Assembly (NCBI GenBank): GCA_951406725.2
Contig: OX597818.1
Coordinates: 58,528,001-58,592,000, forward strand
Source: Octopus vulgaris
Lineage: Eukaryota
Reading direction: 5' to 3'
DNA: 64,000 nucleotides
Part shown: piece by piece, positions 15,390-28,499 of the stretch
Position numbering within the stretch: position 1 is the first letter of the stretch
Layout: each line of letters opens with the position of its first letter
The notes under the pieces: model-generated
Databases searched by the model: none
What the model saw: only the letters and a program-made list of their open reading frames with translations
What the model was told of the DNA's origin: nothing
Made by a program: the position numbers and the translations under genes

Positions 15390-15600
15390 AGTTGAGAGAA
15401 ATGTTAGCACGCCGGTCACAATGCTTAGCAGTATTTCATCTACTTTTACGTTCAGAGTTCAAATTATCTCGAAGTCGACTTTGCGTTTTATCCTTTTGGG
15501 GTCGATAAATTGGGTGCCAGTTGCGTAATGCGGTCGATCTAAATGACTGCCTTCCCCTCAAAAACATTTCGAGGCTCATGCCTAGAGTAGAAAAGAATAT
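15390..15600 (+). mobile_element. SINE family C, diverged copy with the terminal-type tail
   Basis: gttagcacgccgg..gagttcaaat..gtcgactttgcgttttatccttttggggtcgataaa..cctagagtagaaaag. Confidence 0.8.
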
Positions 15601-15850
15601 TTATATATCACCTGATGCATTACAACAAGTTCTCAGAATGCAGGGAAAAGGTTACAGAGCCAAACACCTGCGAACCTGCTTGGAAACAATTGCAGTGTTT
15701 ACAAATGCATGTTCCTCGAACTTATTCAATTATCCATTTACATACTACAGGAGCCCCAACATAACTCTGGGTTTAAGTATAGTACTGTTGTTGGATAGCC
15801 CTTTTCGAAATCCGAATTGGTACGATACTATGTTCTTAACAGAATATGCC

Positions 15851-15906
<56 letters not shown>

Positions 15907-16012
15907 AATAATTATATCTATCTATCTATCTGCACCTATGTGTGTATGTATGTATATATGTGTGTATGTATGTATTTATGTACGTATGTATGTATGTATG
16001 TATGTATGTATG

Positions 16013-16390
<378 letters not shown>

Positions 16391-16618
16391 ATATAATAGC
16401 ACGAGGTTTGAAGTTAACTGGCTTTATCAGTTGATGACGATGAACGTTTCTCCACCCCTCATCAGTATTACGTTGCCAGGTTCATGAACCTATGGCATTA
16501 TTCAGGATTACACATACTAATTACAACTATTTGAATATTATTTTTAAAAAACCAGCTGGTCGAGGATGCTTCATCTGGGGAATTGCGAGACGAAAATCTA
16601 AATTTCTGATTTTCCATA

Positions 16619-16659
<41 letters not shown>

Positions 16660-17174
16660 ATGCACAAACATATATATATATATATATAATTATTTGGAAA
16701 GAGGCAAGTTGACATTTATATTTATACTGATGCTAATTCATGTAATTCTGACAAGCCTTCATTTTTACAAGAATTTATTTTCTTCCTGTTTGATTCGCAG
16801 TTAATTATTCAATAATTTGTTATTTACTCTAGTAGCGTTTTTAAACCGATGTTGCAATGCATAATTAAATAGTTTGTTACATTTGCGTATTGCTTTTCTT
16901 CTGTCTTATTTTTTTTTATAATTGAGGAAATTATTCTCCGGTCTTTTCTATGTATGACATCTGAGGTTGTTTTGTATTTTATTGTTAATTCTCATGTTCG
17001 ACTTATGTAAACATGTGCTAGTCAGGTGAATATCTCCTAATAACAGATACGTAAAAGTTTTAATGATAAAATATATATTTTGAGGAGCATTTTCAACTTT
17101 TACATTTTGTGGTTGTTTTTTGCCAGAATGTAATCAGTGACAAACAGTAATTCTTAATTAGACCTAATGTAATG

Positions 17175-17740
17175 AGCTGACAGAATCGTTAGAACGCCGG
17201 ACGAAATTTTCAGCGGCATTTCATCCGTCTTTATGGTCTGTGTTCAAAGTCCACCGAGGTCGACTTTACCTTTCATCCGTTCGGTGTCCATTAAATAAGT
17301 ACCTGTGACGCACCAGTGCGTCACTGGTACTTATTCGACTTAATCCCTTTGTCTGTCCTTCTTTGTCCTCTCTGTGTTTATCCCCTTGTGGGTAGTAAAA
17401 CATAGGTATTTCATCTGCCGCTAATTTCTGAGTTCAAATCCCGCCGAGGTCGACTTTGCCTTTCATCCTTTCGGGGTCGATTAAATAAGTACCAGTTACG
17501 CACTGGTGTCGATATAATCGACTTAATCCATTTGTCAGTCCTTGATTGTCCCCGCTGTGTTTAGCCCCTTGTTGGTAGTAAAGAAATAGGTATTTCGTCA
17601 TTCTTCGTGTTCTGCTGTCTACTTGCTCTTCAGTATTTCAGGGACGATTAAATTAGTACTGGGCGCAATGTTACTGTCTTACCCACCCTCACGATATTGC
17701 TGGTCTTTCGCCAAAGTTTGAAATCCTTATTAATTAAATA
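17175..17740 (+). mobile_element. SINE family C tandem multimer (3 units, last one decayed)
   Basis: Units restart at tatttc-like points ~17217, ~17407 and ~17591. Micro-foldback at 17294-17335. Confidence 0.85.
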
Positions 17741-18419
17741 TAAAGCGATGCACTGACAGAATGCTTATCACACCGGAAAAAATGACTTCGTGTTACATTC
17801 CTTCGGCTTTTGATTACATTAGTACCATATATTCAACTTAAACCGTCCCCCGAACGGCTAACCTTGTATCAACATTTGTAATCAGAATTAATTAAAATTT
17901 ACACTACAAAAATACATGAATTATACATGAATTTCGTTACCGGATTTTTCTAATCTAACACCAAATTTTCTGCCGATCACATTATGCCTTCGCCAAGAAA
18001 CTGTGTTTACGCTGTTTGGTACATCGAATTCTTTTAAATTTTAAAACCTAATGTTATCTATATTTCAGTTATTTCCCTATTCATTAAATAATACCAAAAT
18101 ATAACACTGATGTGTTTGTCATTAATTTATGGATCAAAATAAAGCCCAAAATATGCTCTTTATGCAAATCGGTTTATATCTTTTACTGTAGACAGAAAAT
18201 ATATGCGTAACGTATACATATTTTTACAGCTATAAACATATTTTCAGTTGTGAATAAAGTTATTCAAACGTAAGGTTGAAAGCATTCGTTTCTGTCAAGG
18301 GTGTGATTTGTATAAAATAGTTTTGTTCAAATGTGTCCGGAATTTAAATCAACTTGATTCATGTGTCATCAAAAGCCTTAAGTCTAATCAACAATGTGTT
18401 TATAAAACACACATACACA

Positions 18420-18467
<48 letters not shown>

Positions 18468-18475
18468 CACACACG

Positions 18476-18507
<32 letters not shown>

Positions 18508-19853
18508 TTGTTCTGGCTAAATTTAACAGCTTGCATAAATGGAGAATATATCTGAGTATCCCATCCGATAAAAGTATTTGTTTAATTGCAAAAGTATTAT
18601 CAAGAACAACATGGCTGGAAGTAACAGTTTACTCACAGTAGAGGGTCTTCTGAATAGTAATAATCTTTGACGAATTTATGTGCCTAAGTGGCTATATTTA
18701 TATGCTAAGTGATAATAAGCTAGTGCAAGAAGTTTCATTTGAAAGGGCAGAATATATAAGCCGGGTTCTAACGATTAACTAAACTAAGATTAATCATAGT
18801 AAATAAGTATGTACGTGAATATTCAGCTGATCGTTTAATCTTGTAGAGTTTTAACACACATTTCTCTAAACTGAGACATTGTTTTATCTGAGATCTTACA
18901 ATTTATATTTTGTATGGTGTTATTTGTTGCCATCTCAAATATTTATATTATGTATCATTTTCCACTGGAAGTCTTTTATCTTGATATCATTTCTGGCATC
19001 TAACACAGGACTAATTCACATACTTGAGATACTTGCATTTATAGATTTAAATGCTTCTGTAGAATGCTCGAAATAACTTTGATTGAGTTTGTTTTACAAC
19101 GCTCTGAACCATTGATTATTCATGATCTTAAGGATTGAAAAATGAAGACGACCACGAGCCGACAGATAATAAATTCATTGTATACCATTCTCTAAGACAC
19201 ATGCATTTATATATTCATTACCAAATTCTTGGCATGTTTAGATCTTAGTTTGTTTGCAATCACCTTTACTCTCTTTCTTCTTTGTGATTTCAAATATGTT
19301 TCAATTTATTCCAGTTACATCCTTGTTGGCAACAAAGATTTATAGATGAAACATGATTAAACATACGACGCTTTTAGCAATTTTAGACCAAATGTCTACG
19401 TAGATGGATTTTAAAAACATATTAAGTGCTGCGTTTTATCCTACTATACAGTAATCTAATCATTAAATATGCTATCACCTCCATCTTTCTCTGTACTGCA
19501 TCGATTTATTTCTTTGTCCCTACCAGGCAAAATATGAATTTCTGCATAATGTTAGTCAGTTTGATGAAAAGAATATGTATAATATAGATGTCTGTCTTTT
19601 ATTTCTTAATGTTTCAGTGATTTTAATTGATCAGGTCGGAGAGTGTGGATGTTCAGGCGTAACAAGTTCGCGGAATAACTCGACATACAAACAGATTTTT
19701 CTTTATTTACTTTCTTTAAGACGCCAAAATATTTCAACTACTTTGTTTAACTAAACTTCTAAGGGACGATTATGTGAACTAAGTAGCATCATTAGCCAAG
19801 GGGGTGAAGGAGATGGTGACAAACACAGACGTAAAAAACACACGCAGATACTA

Positions 19854-19905
<52 letters not shown>

Positions 19906-19950
19906 ATACACATAAAATTATATATATATAGATGGTAATATGTATCTTTC

Positions 19951-20039
<89 letters not shown>

Positions 20040-20178
20040 TTATATTTATATGTATATATATATATAAATATACCGGAGTAAACACATTAATGTGAAACAA
20101 GTTGGAATTAAAAGAGTACTCAAATACCAGGGGTAGAGTAATATGCTTTATATAAAAGCAGCAGAAATTCAACAAAAC

Positions 20179-20216
20179 CTGTTACTCGGAGTTTCATGTT
20201 CCCGTTCGTCGAACAG
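20179..20216 (-). ncRNA. Degenerate minimal hammerhead ribozyme motif
   Basis: ctgt-TCGACGA-acgggaacat-GAAAC-tccga-GTA-acag; same family as 38572-38609. Confidence 0.55.
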
Positions 20217-20269
20217 TTGTGTTAAAATTTTAACGTCTGCTTTTAAGTAAAATATATATAAATATATGC

Positions 20270-20353
<84 letters not shown>

Positions 20354-20748
20354 AATGTACGTATGTATATATACGTGTGTGTTTGCGTGTGTATGCGGGA
20401 GTGCAAATGTATGTTCGTACATACATGCGTATATTTATACGTATAAATGTGTAAATATATATGTATTTTACAACGTGCATGCATGTAAGACTCTATGTGG
20501 GTGTGGTTGCGTACACACATACATACTTACATATATATAATTGGTCATTCAATTTCGAATGGCCAATTTTAAATACTATTGGACCTTAATCACATGGTAC
20601 AGGATCTTATATGTATACCATTCTGCCTATATAATGGAACTGAAGGTACAATATCCCTGCATAACTCAAGTCTGTTTTCATTCTCCCCCTTCATTCTCTG
20701 TTTCATATCTTATCTAGAATAACTATTACTTAAATATCTTCTCACACA

Positions 20749-20796
20749 GTCTCCGATGAAGGGATATATAGAATACCCCGGAAACAACTGTAAGAC
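20749..20796 (+). ncRNA. Minimal type I hammerhead ribozyme motif (CCGAUGA core variant)
   Basis: gtct-CCGATGA-agggatatatagaataccccg-GAAAC-aact-GTA-agac. Stem I gtct/agac, imperfect stem II, short stem III. Confidence 0.7.
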
Positions 20797-20922
20797 CATT
20801 TATAAATGTTGTGAAATCTTTCACAGCCTTGGATTATTATTTCATTCGCTTAATTTTTTATATATATACTGATGCTGATATATGACACCTTTGGGTCTTC
20901 TTAACACCATTTTCTCTCATAA

Positions 20923-20970
<48 letters not shown>

Positions 20971-21101
20971 CTTAGAGATAAAACCACTATTAGGCAAATC
21001 AAACAATGAAAACATAAGCAAATACATAAAAATAATTAATTTATATTATTTTAAATATATATCAAAAGTATTAAAAGTTTAATAAAAGATAAAGAGTAAA
21101 A

Positions 21102-21170
21102 CACTACGATCGTTTCATGGCTGTACAATTCGTAATAATTCGAGTTATGGTTACAGTCAATCTTCAAGTC
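21102..21170 (-). ncRNA. Degenerate hammerhead motif with a long stem II
   Basis: gac-TTGAAGA-ttgactgta...tacagccat-GAAAC-gatc-GTA-gtg; palindromic GAUC stem III loop. Confidence 0.55.
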
Positions 21171-21967
21171 AATTGAAATATTTATCTTATGCTTATACAT
21201 AAATATGTGTGTGTGTGTGAGTGTATGTGTTTGATGTCTAATAAATATACAAGAATCAGTTCCTTGTGATAATTTTTGAAAATGACAAGTATATTACAAC
21301 TGTTAGTTTCGCCCTGCCCAGGTCGAATGGTGCGATAGTGGTTATGTATGTCAATTGGTGCAAATCATCTTTTATCTTTTTGGATAGTTCAATATGAGAC
21401 AATTCACTGAGGAAATAAAAGAACTTGTAAATGTTTGCGTAGATATTTATACAAGTGGCAGCGTTTGACAATGATCTCTTATCTATCAAACTGAAGGGCA
21501 CTATGTAGAAATATATAAACACACCGCATTGAATAGAAGAAAGATTTGAAGATTAACAAGAACACAGTGAGAATGAACTGTTGCAATGTATTTTCTCAGA
21601 CACCTATAAACCAAAGCAAGAAAAAAAACGATCAATATATTTCTCCTTAATTTTGAAGCGGATGGCGACATATGCTTGCATAATCGATGAATAACGGTAT
21701 CTTTTTACAGCAACACAGTATAAAAACTGATACAATTTACTGGATGACATTTCCAGTGGGATTTCAGCAATTGCCATGCAGTCTGCTATTTTTATCCGTT
21801 GTTTCCTCCTTTATATGGTGGAAACTGGTCGAAATTTCAACATTAAAAACCAGTATAGCACCATCAGATTATTTAAATTATTTACATTTGATGATTATTT
21901 ACATTGTCCTCATCTTGTTTGTTATTAAACAACGTTTCGGCTTGTCACTCCTAAGGTATTTTCTCTA

Positions 21968-22157
<190 letters not shown>

Positions 22158-23595
22158 GCGGGCAGTTATGGAGTGCATTTTAGGGCTTATAAATCTAATA
22201 TTTTCGGTTGGTAAGCAAGCTACTTACCACACATCCACTCCTACATACATTCATACATACATTCATATATATATATATATATATATGTATATTTGAGTAT
22301 ATTTAGGTGGGTATTTAATGTGCCAGACATCTCTATAAGAACGCTATTTGAATCTTTCTGTAAGGAAACATTCTGAGTGTTCATATGTATACATGTTCCA
22401 CCTCCAACACATTACCTATCAAACATGAATCATATTCAGGTGTCATTAACAATATGTTTAGAATATTTTGTGTGTATATCATATAAGTAATCCGTTTCTT
22501 CTGTTTTTATTCATCGCTTGACACGTAATATATTATACAAAATTGAAGATATGAATAGCTACTCTATTATATTTCAACATTTATAACACCTATACCAGCT
22601 GCTTTGCATATTCATTCATGATTATTGTCGGTTTTCTTTTTTGTGAATGACAAACATATGTGGAAGTGCGTGTCTAAGTGTGTCTCTGAATGTATGTATG
22701 CATGTTTCACTAATAAGTGTGATGGTATATCATTAAAGCAATCCTAGAACATGAGAGACAACTGCACAGTCTATTGAACTACAATTGTTCTACTTGAAGC
22801 ATTTTCAAAATTTGCATCTCTAGGGAGTAAAGCAGTGAAGTACATACGCAAGAAGGTAATATATAATATTATGTACAATTAGTTTGATTCGATGTATTTG
22901 CATTTGAAATTCAACTCCTCTGTCAGTAATGATTATATTTTACTAAAATTGATTGTATTTCGTTCTACTTAACTTATCGGAAACTAGCATTAGTTATAAA
23001 CCCTTCGCCAGTAAGCTGATGTACGACATGTCTTATGCTCGTGCAGATACATATAAATAATGTTATGCAATATTCACACACATACACACACACCTGCGAT
23101 TTCTTGGTGGTTGAAAAGTAACATTTTACATAATATTCTATTTTAAGTGACTAGATGCAGCGAATTACATATTATTTTAAGTAATTGCATCTTTCTATCT
23201 ATTAAGTGAAATACATTTGCGGAAAAGAAAATAATAAGAATGTAGGCGCAACTTCACATTTGAATGCATTATTAAGCATCCATATAAAGTTGTTCCAAGA
23301 AATGCGCTTAAATTATTGATGGATATGTTTCTATACCTATCATGTGGTTCACTTTACGTTAGAATAAGAAATCTCTGCTTACAATTCATTTAATCCGATT
23401 TTATAAAGGAGCAGAAAAAATCTCAACCACTTTAATAAAATTTAAGATGCCGAATGAGTCCCAACAGATACGTGATTAAATTAGATTCTATAAATTTTCA
23501 GACGCTTACACAGGTGTCATTAACCGGGAAAGAGGAAATGCAATACTTTGCGACACAAACAATCCTGCAATATTTAACAAACAAGGTAGATTCTA

Positions 23596-23757
23596 GGCGG
23601 TGAGCTGGCAGAATCGTTAGCACGTCGGGCGAAATGCTTTGCGGTATTTCGGCTGCCGTTACGTTGTGAGATCAAATTCCGCCGAGGTCGACTTTGCCTT
23701 TCATCCTTTCGGGGTCGATAAATTAAGTACCAGTTACGCACTGGGGTCGATGTAATA
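23596..23757 (+). mobile_element. SINE family C, 3'-truncated
   Basis: Near-consensus head and central domain. Confidence 0.9.
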
Positions 23758-23861
23758 GGTAGATTCTACACTTTTGCATATGATATTTAAAGAATATCAG
23801 GCAGATAACTTGAAACCCAAATCTGTTTCTAAGATTCAGAATACCTTAAAGGGTGCACAGC

Positions 23862-24410
23862 TAAATATTGTCCAGAAAGTTCATGCCGATTTTTAAAGGA
23901 AAGAAATAGGTCAATAACTACCTGCCATTACACTTTTAATCAACCAAGTATGAACCATTATGTTGCACAATGTGTCTCCATCTTTCCTTTAACTTGAAAA
24001 TACCCTCTTCCCAGTATTAAGGTGGTTTCAAGGCAAAGAATTCATCAAGTTATCTTTTTATGTCATCTAAGGAATTGAAATTTCTACCAAATACCTGAAT
24101 AAGTGTAAATCCGAAGGAGCAATATCTGTTGAATATGGAGGGTAGGGTAACACATCCCAGCTGAGCTGCAGCAATTTTTGTCTGGTTCTCAAAGCATCAA
24201 GTGCCAAGAATGAACTTTTTCTTCCATTTTAAAGGGTTACAGAATTAACACAGGTTATAGGAACGTAAATCTACTTACACGAAATATAGCTTAAACTGTG
24301 CTCTAAATGGAGGTGTATTAAAATCCTTTTTTATGGATTCAACCATGTTCTAAAATAAGTCGAAATATAAGCTACTATAAATCGGCACAAACTTTCCGGA
24401 CAACCCAATA
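23862..24410 (-). mobile_element. Internally deleted mariner element
   Basis: TIRs ttgtccagaaagttcatgccgattt (~23868) and aaatcggcacaaactttccggacaacccaata (~24379-24410). Minus strand WDVLPYPPYSTDIAPSD matches the mariner YSPDLAPSD motif. Confidence 0.85.
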
Positions 24411-24534
24411 TATAAAGTCAGAGGGCCATTACGTTTTGAATACATCTAATCCTAGAGTCTATATAATCTAACTGATTAACGTTCTTCAGCGAAACATCAA
24501 AATTATTTATACATTTGTAATTTGGAAATAATCC

Positions 24535-25070
24535 TCGATGGACTTTTAAAAGAAGTGGATACGTCACTAACCATTCATCCTACATAAACGTGAATGATAT
24601 TAATTGACTAGCATTAATGTTTTTATCAATCTTGTATTCACCTATATCTCACCTGCTGTCTTCCTCAACTGATTTCCTTCTTTTCTCATTCTCTCAACTG
24701 TATTCATTTATGAATATATTTAAATATTCATGTATTTATATAAATAGATATATTTTTTATTTTACTTATATTCATTCCAAGTAAATTACCTTACAGCTAT
24801 ATTTGTTCTTGTTAATCTTTTATGCTATATAATTTTAAATACTATATCTATATCTATATCTATATCCATCCATCTATCTATCTATCTATATCAGTAATAA
24901 TAAAGGGTGAAATTAATTAATTAGGGATAATTATCAATTACACCAAGTAGATTTCGGCATGTCGATGGACTTTTAAAAGAAGTGGATACGTCACTAACCA
25001 TTCATCCTACATAAACGTGAATGATATTAATTGACTAGCATTAATGTTACTATCAATCTTGTATTCACCT
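24535..25070 (+). repeat. ~105-bp direct repeat pair
   Basis: tcgatggacttttaaaagaagtggatacg...gcattaatgtt at ~24535 and ~24962, essentially identical. Confidence 0.85.
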
Positions 25071-25118
25071 TATATAATTTTAAATACTATATCTATATCT
25101 ATATCTATATCTATATCC

Positions 25119-25192
<74 letters not shown>

Positions 25193-25207
25193 ACACACAT
25201 ATATACA

Positions 25208-25258
<51 letters not shown>

Positions 25259-25564
25259 ATATATATATAAATAACATATACGTTTATATATTATCTTTCT
25301 TTATATTATATATTATATATTTTTTAATCATATATTTTAAACTATATTATACATTTTTTTAATTGTCATACTTTTACATCTATATATAAATAATATTTTG
25401 TTTTATATAAAATAAACATTGTAAATCAGTTCTTAGGTAGTGGACGAGTTATTTAATTTCTCATTTTTTTAATGCCTATCTCTATTTTCTTTTTCTCTTT
25501 TACCTTTTATCACTTTCTTGTCCCTCTCTCCCTTTGTGGATACAGATACGCACATGCACACACG

Positions 25565-25625
<61 letters not shown>

Positions 25626-25627
<2 letters not shown>

Positions 25628-26313
25628 CGTGACGTATTTTTGCCATTTCAATATGGCTAACCCCTAAGGGTGGATGCTACTGTAGTTTTTAGCCCCAGGA
25701 GGACACACTCCTCCAGCTGGCCATAGACACACTTTCTGTGTCCTGTCAGTATTTGCAAAGGGAAGTCATCCTTCCCGTCTTCAACTTATGATACACACCG
25801 ACTCGAGTTTCGAGGTATTGACCTCTCGTCAGCGTGTGACAATCATAGTTGTCGCCGAGAATTAGATTTCCTTCACAAATACTTATACTTTTTCCAGCGT
25901 CCACTGTCGCTGATATTGAAAAAGTGAAATCAAACAATGATAAATATCAATGTGAGTTATATACAGTAGCGGTAACACAACGTGACGTATTTTTGCCATT
26001 TCAATATGGCTAACCCCTAAGGGTGGATGCTACTGTAGTTTTTAGCCTCCAGGGGACTAAAACTACAGTAGCATCCACCCTTAGGGGTTAGCCATATTGA
26101 AATGGCAAAAATACGTCACGTTGTGTTACCGCTACTGTATATAACTCACATTGATATTTATCATTGTTTGATTTCACTTTTTCAATATCAGCGACAGTGG
26201 ACGCTGGAAAAAGTATAAGTATTTGTGAAGGAAATCTAATTCTCGGCGACAACTATGATTGTCACGATGTGTTACCGCTACTGTATATAACTCACGTTGA
26301 TATTTATCATTGT
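25626..26313 (-). mobile_element. ORF-less hammerhead-bearing element: ~353-bp unit, partial tandem copy and inverted duplication
   Basis: 25628-25695 recurs at 25981-26047. Palindrome arms 25836-26045 / 26057-26265. 26122-26166 recurs at 26268-26313. Bounded by (TA)n. Confidence 0.8.
25794..25838 (-). ncRNA. Minimal type I hammerhead ribozyme with canonical core
   Basis: cacacg-CTGACGA-gagg-tcaata-cctc-GAAAC-tcga-GTC-ggtgtg. Stem II is 4 bp, the stem III loop is palindromic (UCGA), the triplet is GUC, and stem I is 5 bp with a proximal G-G mismatch. Confidence 0.8.
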
Positions 26314-26444
26314 TATATATATATATATTTACACATACACATGCGCGCACACACATACATATTAGTATATATACCTGGTTTTGTTCTACATCAATGAGTT
26401 TTGTAATATTTCCAGAAAAGGTCGTAGGGTTACTGTGATATGAT

Positions 26445-26506
26445 TGATTGATTGATTGATTGATTCTAGTTTCAGCTTATTAGCTGTGGCCATGCTGGGG
26501 CACCGT
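26445..26506 (-). mobile_element. Isolated LINE/SINE 3' tail with (AATC)n
   Basis: cggtgccccagcatggccacagctaataagctgaaactag followed by (aatc)n; matches the tail at 8085-8127. Confidence 0.7.
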
Positions 26507-26853
26507 ATTTCTTTTTTATGTTGTGTTATAATAAAATCTATTTAGCGTTAAACGAAAGAATAATTCAACACCGTTTGTAGAGAAACTATTTATTATGCCA
26601 TTACCGGCCGTCAGCAGCTAGGAGGCCGTAATTTTGATAATCTAGGTGCTAAAGTTTATTTTTATTGTTTTGCCATTTCGATCGCCCCTAGACACAACAA
26701 GATTTGTTTCATCACAATTTTGCAAGTAAATGGATAAACCTTCTTTCAAACAATTCGTAAAATAAGCATACGATGTATTAACGTTAGCCAGAAACAATTA
26801 TCCAATGAGAAAATCATAATATATTTCACTAAACTATAAACGTATAGAAAATG

Positions 26854-27487
26854 TGGATATTTACATTTAGACCGACAGATTAAAAAAAACTATTTTTTGT
26901 AACTAAACACTTTCAAACTTCGGACACTGGTAGATTGTGTCATTTAAAACATCTTTTACTGTTAGCGTTTTTGAGAAAAGCTTATATTTAGGAAGTTATT
27001 TCACGTTAAAGTTGTAGTATTTCGGTAATTTCAACCAATCAATGACGTGTATTCAGCTGAATAAAATTACTGCCGTTGTTTGTCAACAACAACTATCGGT
27101 GGTGTATATTTCATTTGTCACTGTTATTTATGACATCGTTCGTTCATTTGTGCTCGTTTTAGCTTTAATGTTTTAGGGTTAGGGTTAGTGTTTTAGGGTT
27201 AGGTCTGTCATAAATAATAGTGGGGATCGAAATATACACCGCCGGAAGTTCTTGTTGACAAACAGCAACAGTAATTTTATTCAGCTGAATACACGTCATT
27301 GATTGGTTGAGATTACCGAAATACTACAACTTTAACGTGAAATAACTTACTAAATATAAGCTTTTCTCAAAAATACTAAGAGTAAAAGATGTTTTATATG
27401 ACACATTCTACCAGTGTCCGAAGTTTGAAAGTGTTTAGTTACAAAAAATTATTTTTTAAAATCTGTCGGTCAAAAGGAAAAGATCCG
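26854..27487. mobile_element. MITE with ~280-bp terminal inverted repeats and internal TTAGGG repeats
   Basis: Arms ~26854-27135 and ~27206-27487 are reverse complements. The spacer holds ttagggttagggttag..ttagggttagg. Candidate TSD aaatg at 26849-26853 and 27488-27492. Confidence 0.9.
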
Positions 27488-27584
27488 AAATGTCACAAAA
27501 AATAGCCGAAACACGTGTGCAGTAGATTTGAAGACCACTCAACTTAGAAACGTAGCGGCACAATTAATACCATTCGTTTCTACT

Positions 27585-27725
27585 TTAGGCATAAGGCCCG
27601 AAATTTGGGGGGAGGGGCCAGTCGATTACATCGACCCTAGTACGCGACTCGTACTTAATTTCTCGACCCGAAAGGATGAAAGGCAAATCGACCTCGGCGT
27701 AATTTGAACACAGAACATAAAGATA
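27585..27725 (-). mobile_element. SINE family C, 3' part with the terminal-type tail
   Basis: Reverse complement of the central domain and the cccctcccccaaatttcgggcc tail. Confidence 0.8.
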
Positions 27726-28074
27726 GCTGCAATTAATCCCATTATTACACAGATGCACCCACAAAGAAAAAATATGCAACAAGTTTGGTAATAATTAACG
27801 TGCTTCATAAAAAAATTAAAAACAATTTCCAGTTTAATTAATGATTTTGATTCACCGAAATTAGAATTAGAATTTCGCAATTAAAATGTACATTCTAGTA
27901 TATGGTTACATTGTTTTTTTATATTCTGTGTTGGAACTGTGCCTTAGAGTTTTGGACTTTGAATATTCCGATAATGCCAAATAAGTACCTGTTACGTGTT
28001 GAGAATGGGGCATTGTCTGTTACTTCCAAGGGAGTCGTTAAACGAACACGAAAGAAACTATGCAAGTATTCTTT

Positions 28075-28470
28075 TCCTTTCTAGGCACAATGCCCGAAAT
28101 TTTGGGGGAGGGGGCCAGTTCATTGGATCGACCCCAGTATGCAACTGGTACTTAATTTATCGACCCCGACAGAATGAAGTGAAAAGTCGACCCCGGCGGA
28201 ATTTGAACTCAGAACGTAACGACACGCGGAATACGTATTTCTTTACTACCCACAAGAGGATAAACACAGAGAGGACAGACAAGGACAGACAAACGGATTA
28301 AAACGATTATATCGACTCCAGTGCGTAACTGGTACTTAATATTTATCGACTCCGAAAGAATGAAAGGCAAAGTCGACGATCGGCGAAATTTGAACTCAGA
28401 ACGTAGCGACAGACGAAATACTGCTAAGCATTTCGCCCGGCGTGCTAACGATTCTGCCAACTCGCCGCCT
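28075..28470 (-). mobile_element. SINE family C dimer
   Basis: Head at 28470. The second unit restarts after the gtaaagaaatac junction (~28235) and ends in the terminal-type tail. Confidence 0.9.
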
Positions 28471-28499
28471 TAAAATTTTAGTAAGACCTCTTAATGTAG

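Noticed and set aside
16430-16470. CTGATGA..GAAAC..GTC on the minus strand
   Set aside because: Stems I and II do not pair, so it was not counted as a ribozyme.
21256-21522. Faint PIF1/Helitron helicase resemblance (ELSK..KDDL)
   Set aside because: Too short and degenerate to support without a profile search.
27168-27203. Telomere or chromosome-fusion relic
   Set aside because: Only a few TTAGGG units, located inside a MITE spacer.
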